DNA of 64,000 nucleotides from Alistipes sp. UBA934 (GCA_002293535.1 DBDK01000008.1:311654-375653), one strand, 5' to 3'; numbered from the stretch's first letter, positions 1 through 9,939 are shown. The notes: a model not told the origin generated them from the sequence alone. Made by a program: numbers and translations.

Positions 1-281
1 GACACTCCCACTATGAATGGCATCTGATTCAGTAAGATACAAAATAGAGAGGCTATGAATATCACTCCCACATCCCTAAGTGGCACCCTCTCCTGCCGCA
101 CAAAGATCGAAGCCACCCAAAACAGCACCGCCGCACCGGCCATTCGGTAAAATGTCACCGCAAGACCTGTGATCCCTCCCTCGCCGATTATCGACTTGAC
201 GGCCGGTATGTTCAGCCCGAAACAGATGTACGCCAGCGCAATAACCAAATGGCCCTTGAGGCTTTTTTCGCTCAATCTCAT
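1..281 (-). CDS. EamA/DMT-family transporter, N-terminal part only (gene runs off the window start)
   Basis: Absent from the ORF track because it has no stop in the window. A reverse-strand ATG at 279-281 opens MRLSEKSLKGHLVIALAYICFGLNIPAVKSIIGEGGITGLAVTFYRMAGAAVLFWVASIF..., hydrophobic helices typical of an EamA domain. It is more plausible than the listed 76..288 ORF. Confidence 0.6.
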   Translation of the reverse strand, partial: MRLSEKSLKGHLVIALAYICFGLNIPAVKSIIGEGGITGLAVTFYRMAGAAVLFWVASIFVRQERVPLRDVGVIFIASLFCILLNQMPFIVGV

Positions 282-305
282 CGTGCAAAGTTACGCAAAA
301 ACCGC

Positions 306-313
306 TAACTTTG
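306..313 (+). promoter_or_regulatory. Bacteroidota sigma-A -7 box TAACTTTG upstream of ygiQ
   Basis: Matches the TAnnTTTG consensus. It is very close to the ATG at 318, which would imply a near-leaderless transcript. Confidence 0.3.
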
Positions 314-317
314 TGCT

Positions 318-2108
318 ATGAAAAATTTCGACGGCTGGCTTCCTACATCCGCCAAAGAGGTCGCGGCACTGGGGTGGGACGCGGTGGATGTGATCCTCGT
401 TTCGGGCGACGCATATATCGACCACCCCTCTTTCGGTATCGCGGTGATAGCAAGATTGCTTGAAGCCGAGGGATTTAGGGTCGCCGTCATTCCTCAACCG
501 AACTGGCAGGACGATCTGCGCGACTTCAAAAAGCTAGGTGCGCCGCGACTTTTCTTCGGCGTGTCGGCCGGTGCGATGGACTCGATGATGAACCACTATA
601 CCGCCGCGAAACGCCTCCGTAGCGACGATGCTTACACTCCCTCAAGCAAAGCCGGCCGCCGACCCGACCGCGCTGCAACCATCTACAGCCGCATTTTGAA
701 GCAACTTTACCCTCACACGCCGGTCGTGTTGGGTGGCATCGAGGCGTCGCTGAGGCGTCTGACGCATTATGACTACTGGGACGATGCGCTCAGGCCTTCT
801 ATTTTGGTCGATAGCGGCGCCGACATTGTGGCCTATGGAATGGGCGAAGTGTCGATAGTCAAGATTGCAAAAGCACTGCGTAATGGATTCAACACCAATT
901 TGTTACACCAACTGCCTCAGGTTGCTTTTCTGGCCGATAAAGCGTACGTCGAGCGGCTCGAAGCCGCAAAAAACGACCATTTTTGGGGTCGTTTTTTGCG
1001 GTTGAATTCTTATGAGGAGTGCCGCGCCGACAAGCGAAAATTCGCAGAAAATTTCACGCGGATCGAGACGGAATCGAATCTGCTACATCCCTCGCACACC
1101 CTCGTGGAACCCATCGGCGCAGATAGATTAAGCGGTGATAATCAATATGTTGTAGTTACGTCGCCACACCCCGTGATGACCTCCGAGCAACTCGACAGGG
1201 CGTTCGATCTGCCCTACAAACGCGCTCCGCATCCACGCTACGACGGCAAGGGAGACATACCCGCCTGGGAGATGATCCGCAACTCAATTACCTCACACAG
1301 AGGCTGTTTCGGCGGCTGTAGTTTCTGCACGATATCGGCACATCAGGGAAAATTCATAACATCCCGAAGCGAGGCGTCTATCCTCCGTGAGGTGCAACAC
1401 GTCGTCTCGATGCCCTACTTCAAGGGTTACATATCCGACCTCGGCGGCCCGTCGGCAAATATGTATAGTCTTGGTGGAAAGGATATTACGCTGTGCGAAA
1501 AGTGCCGACGACCCAGCTGTCTGACCCCAAAACCCTGCCCCAATCTCGACCGAAATCACGACCGTTTGCTGAACCTGTACGCCCTTGCAAAAAATGTCAA
1601 AAAATTTGACACTCCGATCAAGAAAATCTTCATCGGCAGCGGAATTCGGTACGATCTGTTCGGTCGGAACGCCGACAGCGGCAGCAACTCAGGCGCCGAA
1701 TATCTCCGTGAGGTAATTCTCAACCACACCTCGGGCCGCCTGAAAGTCGCCCCCGAACACACCGAAGATCACGTGTTGCGACTGATGAGAAAACCAGCCT
1801 GGGCCGAGTTCGAAAAACTCAACGCCGACTTCAGAAAAATCTGCGAAAACCAGGGACTGAAAACCCAACTCATCCCCTATTTCGTGTCGAGCCACCCCGG
1901 TTGCACCGAGCACGATATGCAGCAACTGGCCCAAAAGACCCGCCGACTGAAGCTGCATACCGAGCAGGTGCAAGACCTTACCCCCACGCCGATGACACTC
2001 GCCTCCGTGATGTTCTACACCGGCGAAGATCCATATACCGGCGAAAAACTGTATGTCGCCCGAACAACCGAAGAAAAGAGAAGGCAGAAGGGGTGGTTCT
2101 TCAGATAA
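318..2108 (+). CDS. ygiQ: YgiQ-family radical SAM protein (UPF0313)
   Basis: 596 aa. The N-terminus WLPTSAKEVAALGWDAVDVILVSGDAYIDHPSFG and the radical-SAM cluster motif CFGGCSFC are characteristic of YgiQ. Confidence 0.92.
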   Translation: MKNFDGWLPTSAKEVAALGWDAVDVILVSGDAYIDHPSFGIAVIARLLEAEGFRVAVIPQPNWQDDLRDFKKLGAPRLFFGVSAGAMDSMMNHYTAAKRLRSDDAYTPSSKAGRRPDRAATIYSRILKQLYPHTPVVLGGIEASLRRLTHYDYWDDALRPSILVDSGADIVAYGMGEVSIVKIAKALRNGFNTNLLHQLPQVAFLADKAYVERLEAAKNDHFWGRFLRLNSYEECRADKRKFAENFTRIETESNLLHPSHTLVEPIGADRLSGDNQYVVVTSPHPVMTSEQLDRAFDLPYKRAPHPRYDGKGDIPAWEMIRNSITSHRGCFGGCSFCTISAHQGKFITSRSEASILREVQHVVSMPYFKGYISDLGGPSANMYSLGGKDITLCEKCRRPSCLTPKPCPNLDRNHDRLLNLYALAKNVKKFDTPIKKIFIGSGIRYDLFGRNADSGSNSGAEYLREVILNHTSGRLKVAPEHTEDHVLRLMRKPAWAEFEKLNADFRKICENQGLKTQLIPYFVSSHPGCTEHDMQQLAQKTRRLKLHTEQVQDLTPTPMTLASVMFYTGEDPYTGEKLYVARTTEEKRRQKGWFFR

Positions 2109-2184
2109 TTCACTAATGGATAAAAATTTGAAAATGTCAAACAAAGTAGTAACTTTGGCCGTGACAGAACTAATCTACATAGTT

Positions 2185-3270
2185 ATGAAAAAGAAAAATT
2201 TAGCCTTTATATGTCCATTAAGCAAACCAGATTCTCCTACAAGAAGAAGGTCTGATGGTATTATGGAAAGTGTACTTAGTCCAATAGCTGAAGAACTTGG
2301 CTATGAAGTCTTCAGAGCAGATAAGTTGCACGGCAAGCATATTATGGATGACATTATTAAAATGCTGTATAACGCTGATATAGTCGTGGCTGATTTATCA
2401 GATTTGAATGTAAATGTATTTTACGAACTAGGGCTCTATCACGCAATAAAAGGAAAATTTATAACCATAAAAGACACCTTAAAGGACGTACCCTTTGATG
2501 CCACATATTTTAGGGTTTATGAATATAATAGTGGCATACCTGGAGATCTTTTCAAGTTTCAGGAAAATATTAAAGAGGCTATAAAAAATTTGGAAGCCGA
2601 AAAATGGTGCCCTTGTTTTTCTTTTGAACCTCGCCATCTGTCAGATTTTTTTGGTGGCACTGTCGTAATCGAATCTATCACCGGTAAAAAGGAACATTAT
2701 GATCTAGCCCAAAAATTGCTAGATAATGGGAAATGTAAGAGAATTTTTCTTATGCAACGAAGTAGTTCGTTAATTTTGGGAGCTGAACAGGGTTGGGGCG
2801 AAGAAGCAAAATTTATTAATATCTTAAAAAAATTGATAAGCGATTGTGATTATTTCTATCATCTTGTTACGTTAGAGGGAATTGAGGCGCATTTCCTACG
2901 ACAAAACAGCATATTCCCAAAATTTAAGGATTTCCAGAAAAATTTAGTGAATATCGATGGCAAAGTGGCATTAAGAAAAAACATCGACAGTCAAGACTAT
3001 TTTCTTTTAAAAAAGCTTCCATTAGACAATTCCGATGAATTTTTTAAATTGGACAGACAGGCCAGAGTGCTTGTTGTCGAATTTGAAGATGGCAATATCG
3101 AAGCAGTTATCGTCCAAAATTTAGGACCAGAACAATATAGTTTCCATTTAAGAGGGAGAGAATTAGAGGGTTATATATCAAATTGTACAAAATATTACGA
3201 CGAATGCGAATACGTAAGTTGGCGCGATCTCACAAATCTTTATAAAAAATACCAAAGCTTACAGAAATAA
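2185..3270 (+). CDS. Hypothetical protein: N-terminal nucleoside 2-deoxyribosyltransferase/TIR-like (flavodoxin-like fold) domain plus unknown C-terminal domain
   Basis: The ORF is open from 2053. Alternative ATG starts lie at 2116, 2134 and 2185, and 2185 (MKKKNLAFICPLS...) begins directly with the first beta-strand. The motif NADIVVADLSDLNVNVFYELGLYHAIKGKFI resembles the aDlvvA....n.G..fElGyA.alGKp core of the NDT/TIR-like superfamily. The gene is strongly AT-rich relative to both flanks. Confidence 0.75.
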   Translation: MKKKNLAFICPLSKPDSPTRRRSDGIMESVLSPIAEELGYEVFRADKLHGKHIMDDIIKMLYNADIVVADLSDLNVNVFYELGLYHAIKGKFITIKDTLKDVPFDATYFRVYEYNSGIPGDLFKFQENIKEAIKNLEAEKWCPCFSFEPRHLSDFFGGTVVIESITGKKEHYDLAQKLLDNGKCKRIFLMQRSSSLILGAEQGWGEEAKFINILKKLISDCDYFYHLVTLEGIEAHFLRQNSIFPKFKDFQKNLVNIDGKVALRKNIDSQDYFLLKKLPLDNSDEFFKLDRQARVLVVEFEDGNIEAVIVQNLGPEQYSFHLRGRELEGYISNCTKYYDECEYVSWRDLTNLYKKYQSLQK

Positions 3271-3276
3271 ATAAAG

Positions 3277-4716
3277 ATGGCAAAAACCTACAGTCCGGCG
3301 CAGCGAAACAGAGAAACCTACGAGAAGATGCTCGAAGAAGGAGGGCTCGTGCCGCCACAAGCAGTGGAGTTGGAGGAGGCAATATTAGGAGCCCTGATGC
3401 TGGAAAAAGACAGCATAATCGCTGTGCAAGAATACCTTACGGCCGACGCATTCTACAAGGAAACACACAGGACGATATTCAAAGCGATAGAGCAACTCTC
3501 GGCCGAACTGAGCCCCATAGACCTGTATACGGTGACGGAAAGGTTGAAGAGAGACGGCAAACTGAAAGCCGTTGGGGGAGCGACTTTTTTGGCCGAACTT
3601 ACGCAACGAGTGGGATCGGCAGCACACGTGGAATATCACTCCAAGATCATAGCCCAAAAGTACGTCCAAAGGGAGTTGATCCGCGCCTCGACCGAAATTC
3701 AAAAGCGATCATACGACGAAAGCACCGACGTAACCGACCTGATAGATTACGCAGAAAATGAGATCTATCACGTCTCCGAAGGACATATGCAGAGGGCGGT
3801 ACAGTCCTCCGGTGACATCCTGCGGCGAACGATGGAAGCGATCGAGGAGGCATCCAAAAGCGACGGCCTGTTTAACGGCGTACCATCAGGTTTTGCAGGC
3901 ATCGACCGTGTGACGCTGGGCTGGCAACCGAGTGACCTTGTGATAGTTGCGGCCAGGCCTTCGATGGGGAAAACAGCATTCACGCTCTCGATGGCGCGAA
4001 ACGTGGCGATCGACCATAACACACCGGTGGCATTTTTCTCGCTCGAAATGAGTTCAACACAGCTAATGATGCGTCTGATCGTGGCGGAGTCGGGGTTGGA
4101 TGGTAAAGACGTGAAAACCGGCAAGTTAAGTCCTGAACAGTGGCGCCATCTGGAGGACTCGATAAAGCCGCTACAGACCGCTCCGATGTACATAGACGAC
4201 ACTCCGGCATTGTCGGTCTTCGAGTTCCGTTCAAAGGCGCGACGCCTCAAAACGCAACACGACATAAAGCTGATAGTGATCGACTATCTGCAGCTTATGA
4301 CCGGCTCGCAAGACGTGCGAGGCAATCGAGAGCAGGAAGTGGCAGGCATTTCGCGCACACTGAAGGCCATAGCAAAAGAACTGAACGTTCCCATAATCGC
4401 CCTCTCGCAGCTGAACCGTGCGGCGGAACTTCGCGGAGGAAGCAAAAAACCCCAACTAAGTGACCTCAGGGAGTCCGGCGCAATCGAACAAGATGCTGAT
4501 ATTGTGGCATTTATACATCGACCTGAGTATTTCGGAATGAAGGTAGATGAGGACAACCTGCCGCTGCCTCCGGGCCTGGCGGAGTTCATAATCGCCAAGC
4601 ACAGAAACGGCGCAACCGACACGGTGAGGCTGAAGTTCCGAAAGGAGCAGGCACGGTTCCTCGACTTCGACGACGACTTCGAGATCGCCGAAAGCTCGAT
4701 AGGTTCACCATTCTAA
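3277..4716 (+). CDS. dnaB: Replicative DNA helicase DnaB
   Basis: 479 aa. It has the N-terminal PPQAVELEEAILGALML motif, Walker A ARPSMGKTAF, and LRESGAIEQDADIV. Confidence 0.97.
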   Translation: MAKTYSPAQRNRETYEKMLEEGGLVPPQAVELEEAILGALMLEKDSIIAVQEYLTADAFYKETHRTIFKAIEQLSAELSPIDLYTVTERLKRDGKLKAVGGATFLAELTQRVGSAAHVEYHSKIIAQKYVQRELIRASTEIQKRSYDESTDVTDLIDYAENEIYHVSEGHMQRAVQSSGDILRRTMEAIEEASKSDGLFNGVPSGFAGIDRVTLGWQPSDLVIVAARPSMGKTAFTLSMARNVAIDHNTPVAFFSLEMSSTQLMMRLIVAESGLDGKDVKTGKLSPEQWRHLEDSIKPLQTAPMYIDDTPALSVFEFRSKARRLKTQHDIKLIVIDYLQLMTGSQDVRGNREQEVAGISRTLKAIAKELNVPIIALSQLNRAAELRGGSKKPQLSDLRESGAIEQDADIVAFIHRPEYFGMKVDEDNLPLPPGLAEFIIAKHRNGATDTVRLKFRKEQARFLDFDDDFEIAESSIGSPF

Positions 4717-4728
4717 ACTCCTCACCTC

Positions 4729-6264
4729 GTGTTCGTTAAAGCTCATACCGCGACCCTCGCCGGAATCGACGCAATGGCCGTTCAGGTCGAAGCTACGGTT
4801 TCGCCGGGTCTTGGAATGTATCTGGTGGGGCTGCCGGACAGCACCGTCAAGGAGAGTCAGGATCGCATACGTTCAGCGTTGATTAACTGCGAGTTACGTA
4901 TGCCGGGAAAGCGACTGGTAGTGAATCTCGCGCCGGCCGATGTTCGCAAGGAGGGCGCGGCGTTCGACTTACCTATTGCGATTGCGGTGTTGGCAGCCTC
5001 GGAACAGATCGGAGTGAAGCGGTTGGGCGACTATATGATTGTGGGGGAGTTGTCTTTGGACGGCGGCATAAAGCCGGTCAAAGGAGTGCTGTCGATTGCA
5101 GTGGAGGCTCGCCGACTCGGCCTTAAGGGCGTGATCGTGCCGCTCGAAAATGTTCCAGAAGCTGCTGTGGTTCAAGGGCTTGACGTTATCGGTGTGGCTA
5201 ATCTGCGTGAAGCGGTCGGTTTTTTGGACGGCAAGCTCGAAATCGCCCCTGCATCACATTCCACGGACGCGCTGGAAGATGCCGAACAGTCTAATTACGA
5301 GGATTTTAGCGACGTAAAAGGGCAGGCGCACGTCAAACGCGCACTCGAAATAGCTGCCGCCGGGGGTCACAACGTCATTATGATCGGGTCGCCGGGCTCC
5401 GGAAAAACGATGCTGGCACGCCGTCTGCCGTCCATTATGCCACCGATGATGCTTGAGGAAGCACTGGAAACAACCAAGATACACTCCGTGGCGGGCAAAC
5501 TCGGCGGCCAGAAAGGACTGCTGACCACGCGCCCGTTTCGCTCACCACACCACCTCTCCTCGCAGATTGCGCTCATCGGCGGCGGCACGAACCCCCAACC
5601 GGGTGAGGTTTCGCTGGCCCATAACGGTATCCTGTTCCTCGACGAACTACCGGAGTTCGGTCGATCGGCGCTGGAAGTATTACGCCAACCACTTGAAGAA
5701 AAGGGGATTAGGATTAGTCGTGCAAAATACAGTGTCGAATATCCGGCCAATTTTACACTCATCGCGGCGATGAATCCGTGTCCGTGTGGCTATTACAACC
5801 ACCCCACAAAGGAGTGCGTTTGCGGCGGCGGTGCGGTTTTTCGCTATCTGAATCGAATTTCGGGGCCGCTGATGGACCGCATCGACCTGCACATCGAGGT
5901 GACGCCCGTGCCGTTGGCCGAGATGTCCGCCGCTGCGCCTGCCGAACCTTCGTCCGCTATACGTGAACGTGTTATCACCGCCAGACGCATTCAGTCTCAG
6001 CGCTTTAAAGACTTTGAAGGCATTCACACCAATGCAACGATGACCTCTAAAATGCTGCGTCAATTTTGCTCGCTTTCGCAAGAGGCCGGGGCGATGTTGG
6101 CAATGGCGATGGAGCGATTGTCTCTGTCGGCGCGTGCTTATGATCGTATCATCAAGGTCGCCCGTACAATCGCCGATCTGGCTGACTGTCAAGATATTTC
6201 GCCCTCGCACATCGCCGAAGCGATCAATTATCGCTCCTTAGATCGTGAAAGCTGGGGGAGATAG
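4729..6264 (+). CDS. comM: YifB/ComM-family Mg-chelatase-like AAA ATPase
   Basis: 511 aa with a GTG start. It has a Lon-like N-terminal domain, Walker A GSPGSGKT, and the C-terminal ARAYDRIIKVARTIADL. Confidence 0.93.
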   Translation: MFVKAHTATLAGIDAMAVQVEATVSPGLGMYLVGLPDSTVKESQDRIRSALINCELRMPGKRLVVNLAPADVRKEGAAFDLPIAIAVLAASEQIGVKRLGDYMIVGELSLDGGIKPVKGVLSIAVEARRLGLKGVIVPLENVPEAAVVQGLDVIGVANLREAVGFLDGKLEIAPASHSTDALEDAEQSNYEDFSDVKGQAHVKRALEIAAAGGHNVIMIGSPGSGKTMLARRLPSIMPPMMLEEALETTKIHSVAGKLGGQKGLLTTRPFRSPHHLSSQIALIGGGTNPQPGEVSLAHNGILFLDELPEFGRSALEVLRQPLEEKGIRISRAKYSVEYPANFTLIAAMNPCPCGYYNHPTKECVCGGGAVFRYLNRISGPLMDRIDLHIEVTPVPLAEMSAAAPAEPSSAIRERVITARRIQSQRFKDFEGIHTNATMTSKMLRQFCSLSQEAGAMLAMAMERLSLSARAYDRIIKVARTIADLADCQDISPSHIAEAINYRSLDRESWGR

Positions 6265-6301
6265 AGATGAAACAAAATCGTATGATCACGGATAAATTTC
6301 G

Positions 6302-6309
6302 TATCTTTG
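6302..6309 (+). promoter_or_regulatory. -7 box TATCTTTG in the comM-comEC spacer
   Basis: Matches TAnnTTTG and lies about 110 nt upstream of the comEC ATG. Confidence 0.4.
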
Positions 6310-6417
6310 CAATAGTCTTATACCACAGCCCTCGGTTGTGACTTTTACTGGAAACGTGTATCTAATTGATGTAAGACCCTTTAGATCGCCGAGGGCTCTT
6401 TTTTACGCTGAGAGCCG

Positions 6418-7869
6418 ATGTCTGCCGACCTGATTTTTTCGAAAAAACTCCGTACAGTGCCGTTGTTGTGGGCACTCGTGCCGTTGGTCATCGGGATCGT
6501 AACCGGCACCTTTGCACCTGACATACCTATATATATATGGGCCGGCACGGCGGTGATTTTCGGCATAATGGCTGGATTTATGCAGCGCACGATTCTTGTT
6601 TGCCTGACTATTCTGTTTTTCGGGGCAGCGGTGGCGCGGTTACATACTCCACAAAGTACTCTGATTCAAGGAAAAAGAATTCAGCTTGAGCTACAAATCA
6701 CAGACAATCCTGTTTTTCGGGGTCGTTCGGGGCAGTCGTCAGGAATAGTGATTCCGAGCGGAGAACGGCTGTTGGTCGGTTTCGATACAATGTATCGTTT
6801 CGAGGTGGGTCAGCGCGTCTCGTTTCGAGGCTACGTCAATCCAATAGACACTGTTTCAACAAGTTACTCTCGCCTTATGTTGGCGCGAGGCTACGTCGGT
6901 CGCACCTATATTTCACGATACTCACAGCCTCATCTTACCGCCGCAACGAGCCGAAGCTTGGCCACGCGCCTCAAAAAATTGCAGACCGATGCGACCGCAC
7001 GGCTTTGGCGACTGGAGGGAGATCGTGATGCTCTGGCTGTTGCGGCTGTAATGACTACGGGAGATCGGGCAAGCATCACTCCCGAAATTCGTCGGGCCTA
7101 CTCGCGAACCGGAGCATCGCATCTGTTGGCCGTGTCGGGACTTCACGTTGGGATTGTATTCTTGATTATCAACGTCTTACTATATCTGTTGCCCTTGCGC
7201 AGGGGAGGCCATTTCGTCAAAAACATCTTTGCGGTCGTTGCGATTTGGCTCTATGCCGGACTTACGGGTCTGTCTCCATCGGCCACGCGAGCGGCGGTAA
7301 TGTTCACGGGTGCCCAAGCAGCATTGGCCTTTTCGCGCACACGCTCGGCAGCTAACATCCTCTGTGGCACAGCGTTAATAATGTTAGCCCTCAAGCCGGG
7401 CCTTGTCTTCGACATAAGTTTCCAGTTGTCGTTCATCGCAGTTGCAGCCATAACACTTTGGTTCAAACCACTTTACAGCCTTGTTGAGAGCCGTTGGCGG
7501 CTCCTGAACGCTCTGTGGGGCGTACTGGTAGTGGGTTTTGTCGCATCGGCAGCCACACTTCCTCTCGTTTCACATACTTTTGGCGTTTTCTCTCCTATAG
7601 GCGTGATTCTCAATCCGATAGTCATTACTACAGCACATCTTATCGTAGCATTTTCACTGGTTTGGATTCTTGTGCCTTTGCCTTTTCTGGAACCCATTTT
7701 CCGGTGGTTGGTGGTTGGCCCCGCTTGGTTGCAAAACACTGTGGTAGAAGCTGTTGCCAATGTTCCTGCCGCCGCTGTGGAATACACAATGCCGCTGTGG
7801 ATGGTTTTTGCGATTTACGCTGCATTAACTATCTTTGCCACATTTCGCTATGATGGACATTCTAAGTGA
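6418..7869 (+). CDS. comEC: ComEC/Rec2-family competence membrane protein (no C-terminal MBL domain)
   Basis: 483 aa and polytopic. The competence-domain motif is RAYSRTGASHLLAVSGLHVGIV. Confidence 0.88.
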   Translation: MSADLIFSKKLRTVPLLWALVPLVIGIVTGTFAPDIPIYIWAGTAVIFGIMAGFMQRTILVCLTILFFGAAVARLHTPQSTLIQGKRIQLELQITDNPVFRGRSGQSSGIVIPSGERLLVGFDTMYRFEVGQRVSFRGYVNPIDTVSTSYSRLMLARGYVGRTYISRYSQPHLTAATSRSLATRLKKLQTDATARLWRLEGDRDALAVAAVMTTGDRASITPEIRRAYSRTGASHLLAVSGLHVGIVFLIINVLLYLLPLRRGGHFVKNIFAVVAIWLYAGLTGLSPSATRAAVMFTGAQAALAFSRTRSAANILCGTALIMLALKPGLVFDISFQLSFIAVAAITLWFKPLYSLVESRWRLLNALWGVLVVGFVASAATLPLVSHTFGVFSPIGVILNPIVITTAHLIVAFSLVWILVPLPFLEPIFRWLVVGPAWLQNTVVEAVANVPAAAVEYTMPLWMVFAIYAALTIFATFRYDGHSK

Positions 7870-9058
7870 CGAGTTTCGGGCCGTTGTGGAGGCCAATCGC
7901 GCGCGCGACCCAATACAGATTGCGCTCGACGGGCGTGTGCCGAATGCAGCAAAAGTGGCATCCCAAGTCAAGTACTTGCAGCGCGCAGAGCATAAATTGC
8001 CGAGCTGGTTTGCCGCCAGATGTATCATTCCGCCGTTGGCTTTCGAGCAATCTTCGAGCGAAGCAACCGCGACACGTAAGAACTTTTCGGGGCATTCGGG
8101 ACGTCTGGCCATAGACCTGACTTGCGGACTTGGCGTAGATGCGTGGGCCTTGTCGCGCAATTTCGAGCAGGTTATTGCCATTGAGCGGGATTCGACCCTG
8201 GCGGCAATTGCGCAAGAGAATTTCAGGCGACTCGGAGCACATAACATTCAGGTAATCAATACGTCAGCAGAAGAATTCTTATCCTGTCCACCTGCACATA
8301 TCGACCTGATTTATGCCGATCCGGACCGTCGCAGTGCTGAAGGTCGAAAACTCGTGCGTCTGGAAGATTGTTCGCCGAATATCATCGCATTATCACCTAT
8401 TATTCAGCAAATTACGCCACTTTTAGTCGTGAAACTCTCACCCATTTTCGATGTCGATGAGATTTTTCGCATATTCGCCGGAAAAGTCAATAGTGAGTTG
8501 TCCCATTCTGTGCAAATCGAGGTGGTCTCGCTCGACGGAGAGTGCAAAGAGATAATCGCCCAAGTCGCATTCTCGGCGCCAAATGGTTTACCAACGATCG
8601 GATCTATTCGTGCTGTTTCGATAAATGTAGGCGAGCCGGATCGTATATTTTTTGCCAATCCGGACGAGCCGGATCACAATTCTGAACTTCAACCGTTTGA
8701 TCCGGAGGGTTTTCACTGGCTAATTGTGCCCGACGTGGCTTTGCAAAAAGCTCGCCTTGCGCGACGTTACTTTTGGGAACGCGGCGTTTGGACAGACTCG
8801 GATAACAGCTATGGATTTTCGATCGACAAGCCAATCGAAGTGATAGGGAAAGTGTTTGAAATTCAGCGCATTGAGCCGTTTGATCCTAAATGTTTGAAAG
8901 CAAAAAAACTAAAGAATATCGACATTATGAAGCGTAATTTTCCGCTTTCTACTGCCGAGATCGCACGTCAAATCGGCGTAAAACAGGGTGGCGAAACAAA
9001 AATCGCCTTCACCCGCGCCGACGGTCGCCTATGGCAAATCTACCTCGTAAACCGGTAA
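7850..9058 (+). CDS. Class I SAM-dependent methyltransferase with THUMP-like C-terminal domain
   Basis: The first ATG is at 7850; the ORF track opens at TTG 7835. The SAM motif is AIDLTCGLGVDAW. The architecture is common in Bacteroidota. Confidence 0.75.
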   Translation: MMDILSDEFRAVVEANRARDPIQIALDGRVPNAAKVASQVKYLQRAEHKLPSWFAARCIIPPLAFEQSSSEATATRKNFSGHSGRLAIDLTCGLGVDAWALSRNFEQVIAIERDSTLAAIAQENFRRLGAHNIQVINTSAEEFLSCPPAHIDLIYADPDRRSAEGRKLVRLEDCSPNIIALSPIIQQITPLLVVKLSPIFDVDEIFRIFAGKVNSELSHSVQIEVVSLDGECKEIIAQVAFSAPNGLPTIGSIRAVSINVGEPDRIFFANPDEPDHNSELQPFDPEGFHWLIVPDVALQKARLARRYFWERGVWTDSDNSYGFSIDKPIEVIGKVFEIQRIEPFDPKCLKAKKLKNIDIMKRNFPLSTAEIARQIGVKQGGETKIAFTRADGRLWQIYLVNR

Positions 9059-9939
9059 TAGACCCCTAATGGCAACTTCTTACCAGCCCGATCGGAGAAA
9101 TAGAGCTCGCCGAACTGCTCATTGGGCGGCGTATCAAAATATTGATGTACAGCCGTTTGTGCCAACAGAGCCGACAGGCCCATCGAATAGAGATTCAGTA
9201 CAAGAAATCCCTGCGGCCTCAGCAACGTGGCGCACAGGTTTAGCATCTCGTCCAAACCCTGCTCCAAGACCCATTTCTCGCCGTCCGGCCCACGCCCATA
9301 AGCCGGCGGATCGAGCACAATTCCGTCGTAAGTGTTGCCGCGACGAACTTCCCGTCGAACAAATTTCAGTGCGTCATCTACAATCCAACGCACACTGTCT
9401 AAACCACTTAGCTGTGCATTGTCCGCAGCCCAATTTACCGTTTGCTTTACCGAATCCACGTGTGTGACCTCGGCTCCTGCAGCCAGCGTTGCCAGAGTAG
9501 CCCCGCCCGTGTAGGCAAAAAGATTCAGTACGCGCGGGCGTGGGGTCGGCGACGGCGAATCCGCCCGCCACGCCGTAAGTACATCGTAGATAAAATTCCA
9601 GTTGGCGGCCTGCTCCGGAAACACACCAACGTGCTTGAACCCAGTGAGTGCCAGGCGCATACGCAAATGCATCCCGCCATAATCGTAACGCATTGTCCAA
9701 CGCTCGCTAACCCCCGGCTTGACCTCCCAGCTGCCCCTTTCATCGCTGCCACCGGTTTTTACAAAAGTCGCATCGGCAAGGCCGGCCCACTCGTCATCCG
9801 GGAGGCTTCGATGCCACAAGGCCTGGGGTTCGGGACGCGCTACAATGCGATCACCAAACCGTTCGAGTTTAGCAAAATCGCCACTGTCAATAAGTTCGTA
9901 ATCAGCTAATTGTGGCTGTAAAAGTTCCGGGGTTCTCAT
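9040..9939 (-). CDS. Class I SAM-dependent RNA methyltransferase (RlmI/RlmK-like, Methyltrans_SAM type)
   Basis: 299 aa with the motifs VLNLFAYTGGATL and DGIVLDPPAYGRG. Confidence 0.8.
   Translation of the reverse strand: MRTPELLQPQLADYELIDSGDFAKLERFGDRIVARPEPQALWHRSLPDDEWAGLADATFVKTGGSDERGSWEVKPGVSERWTMRYDYGGMHLRMRLALTGFKHVGVFPEQAANWNFIYDVLTAWRADSPSPTPRPRVLNLFAYTGGATLATLAAGAEVTHVDSVKQTVNWAADNAQLSGLDSVRWIVDDALKFVRREVRRGNTYDGIVLDPPAYGRGPDGEKWVLEQGLDEMLNLCATLLRPQGFLVLNLYSMGLSALLAQTAVHQYFDTPPNEQFGELYFSDRAGKKLPLGVYYRFTR

Noticed and set aside
76-288. 70-aa minus-strand ORF at the window edge.
   Set aside because: Its composition is Arg/Gly/Cys-rich and implausible. A different frame starting at 281 encodes a convincing EamA-type membrane protein.
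2053-2184. N-terminal extension of the AT-rich ORF into ygiQ.
   Set aside because: The first 18 codons overlap the ygiQ 3' end and carry GC-rich, host-like sequence. The domain begins at the 2185 ATG. The starts at 2116 and 2134 remain possible.
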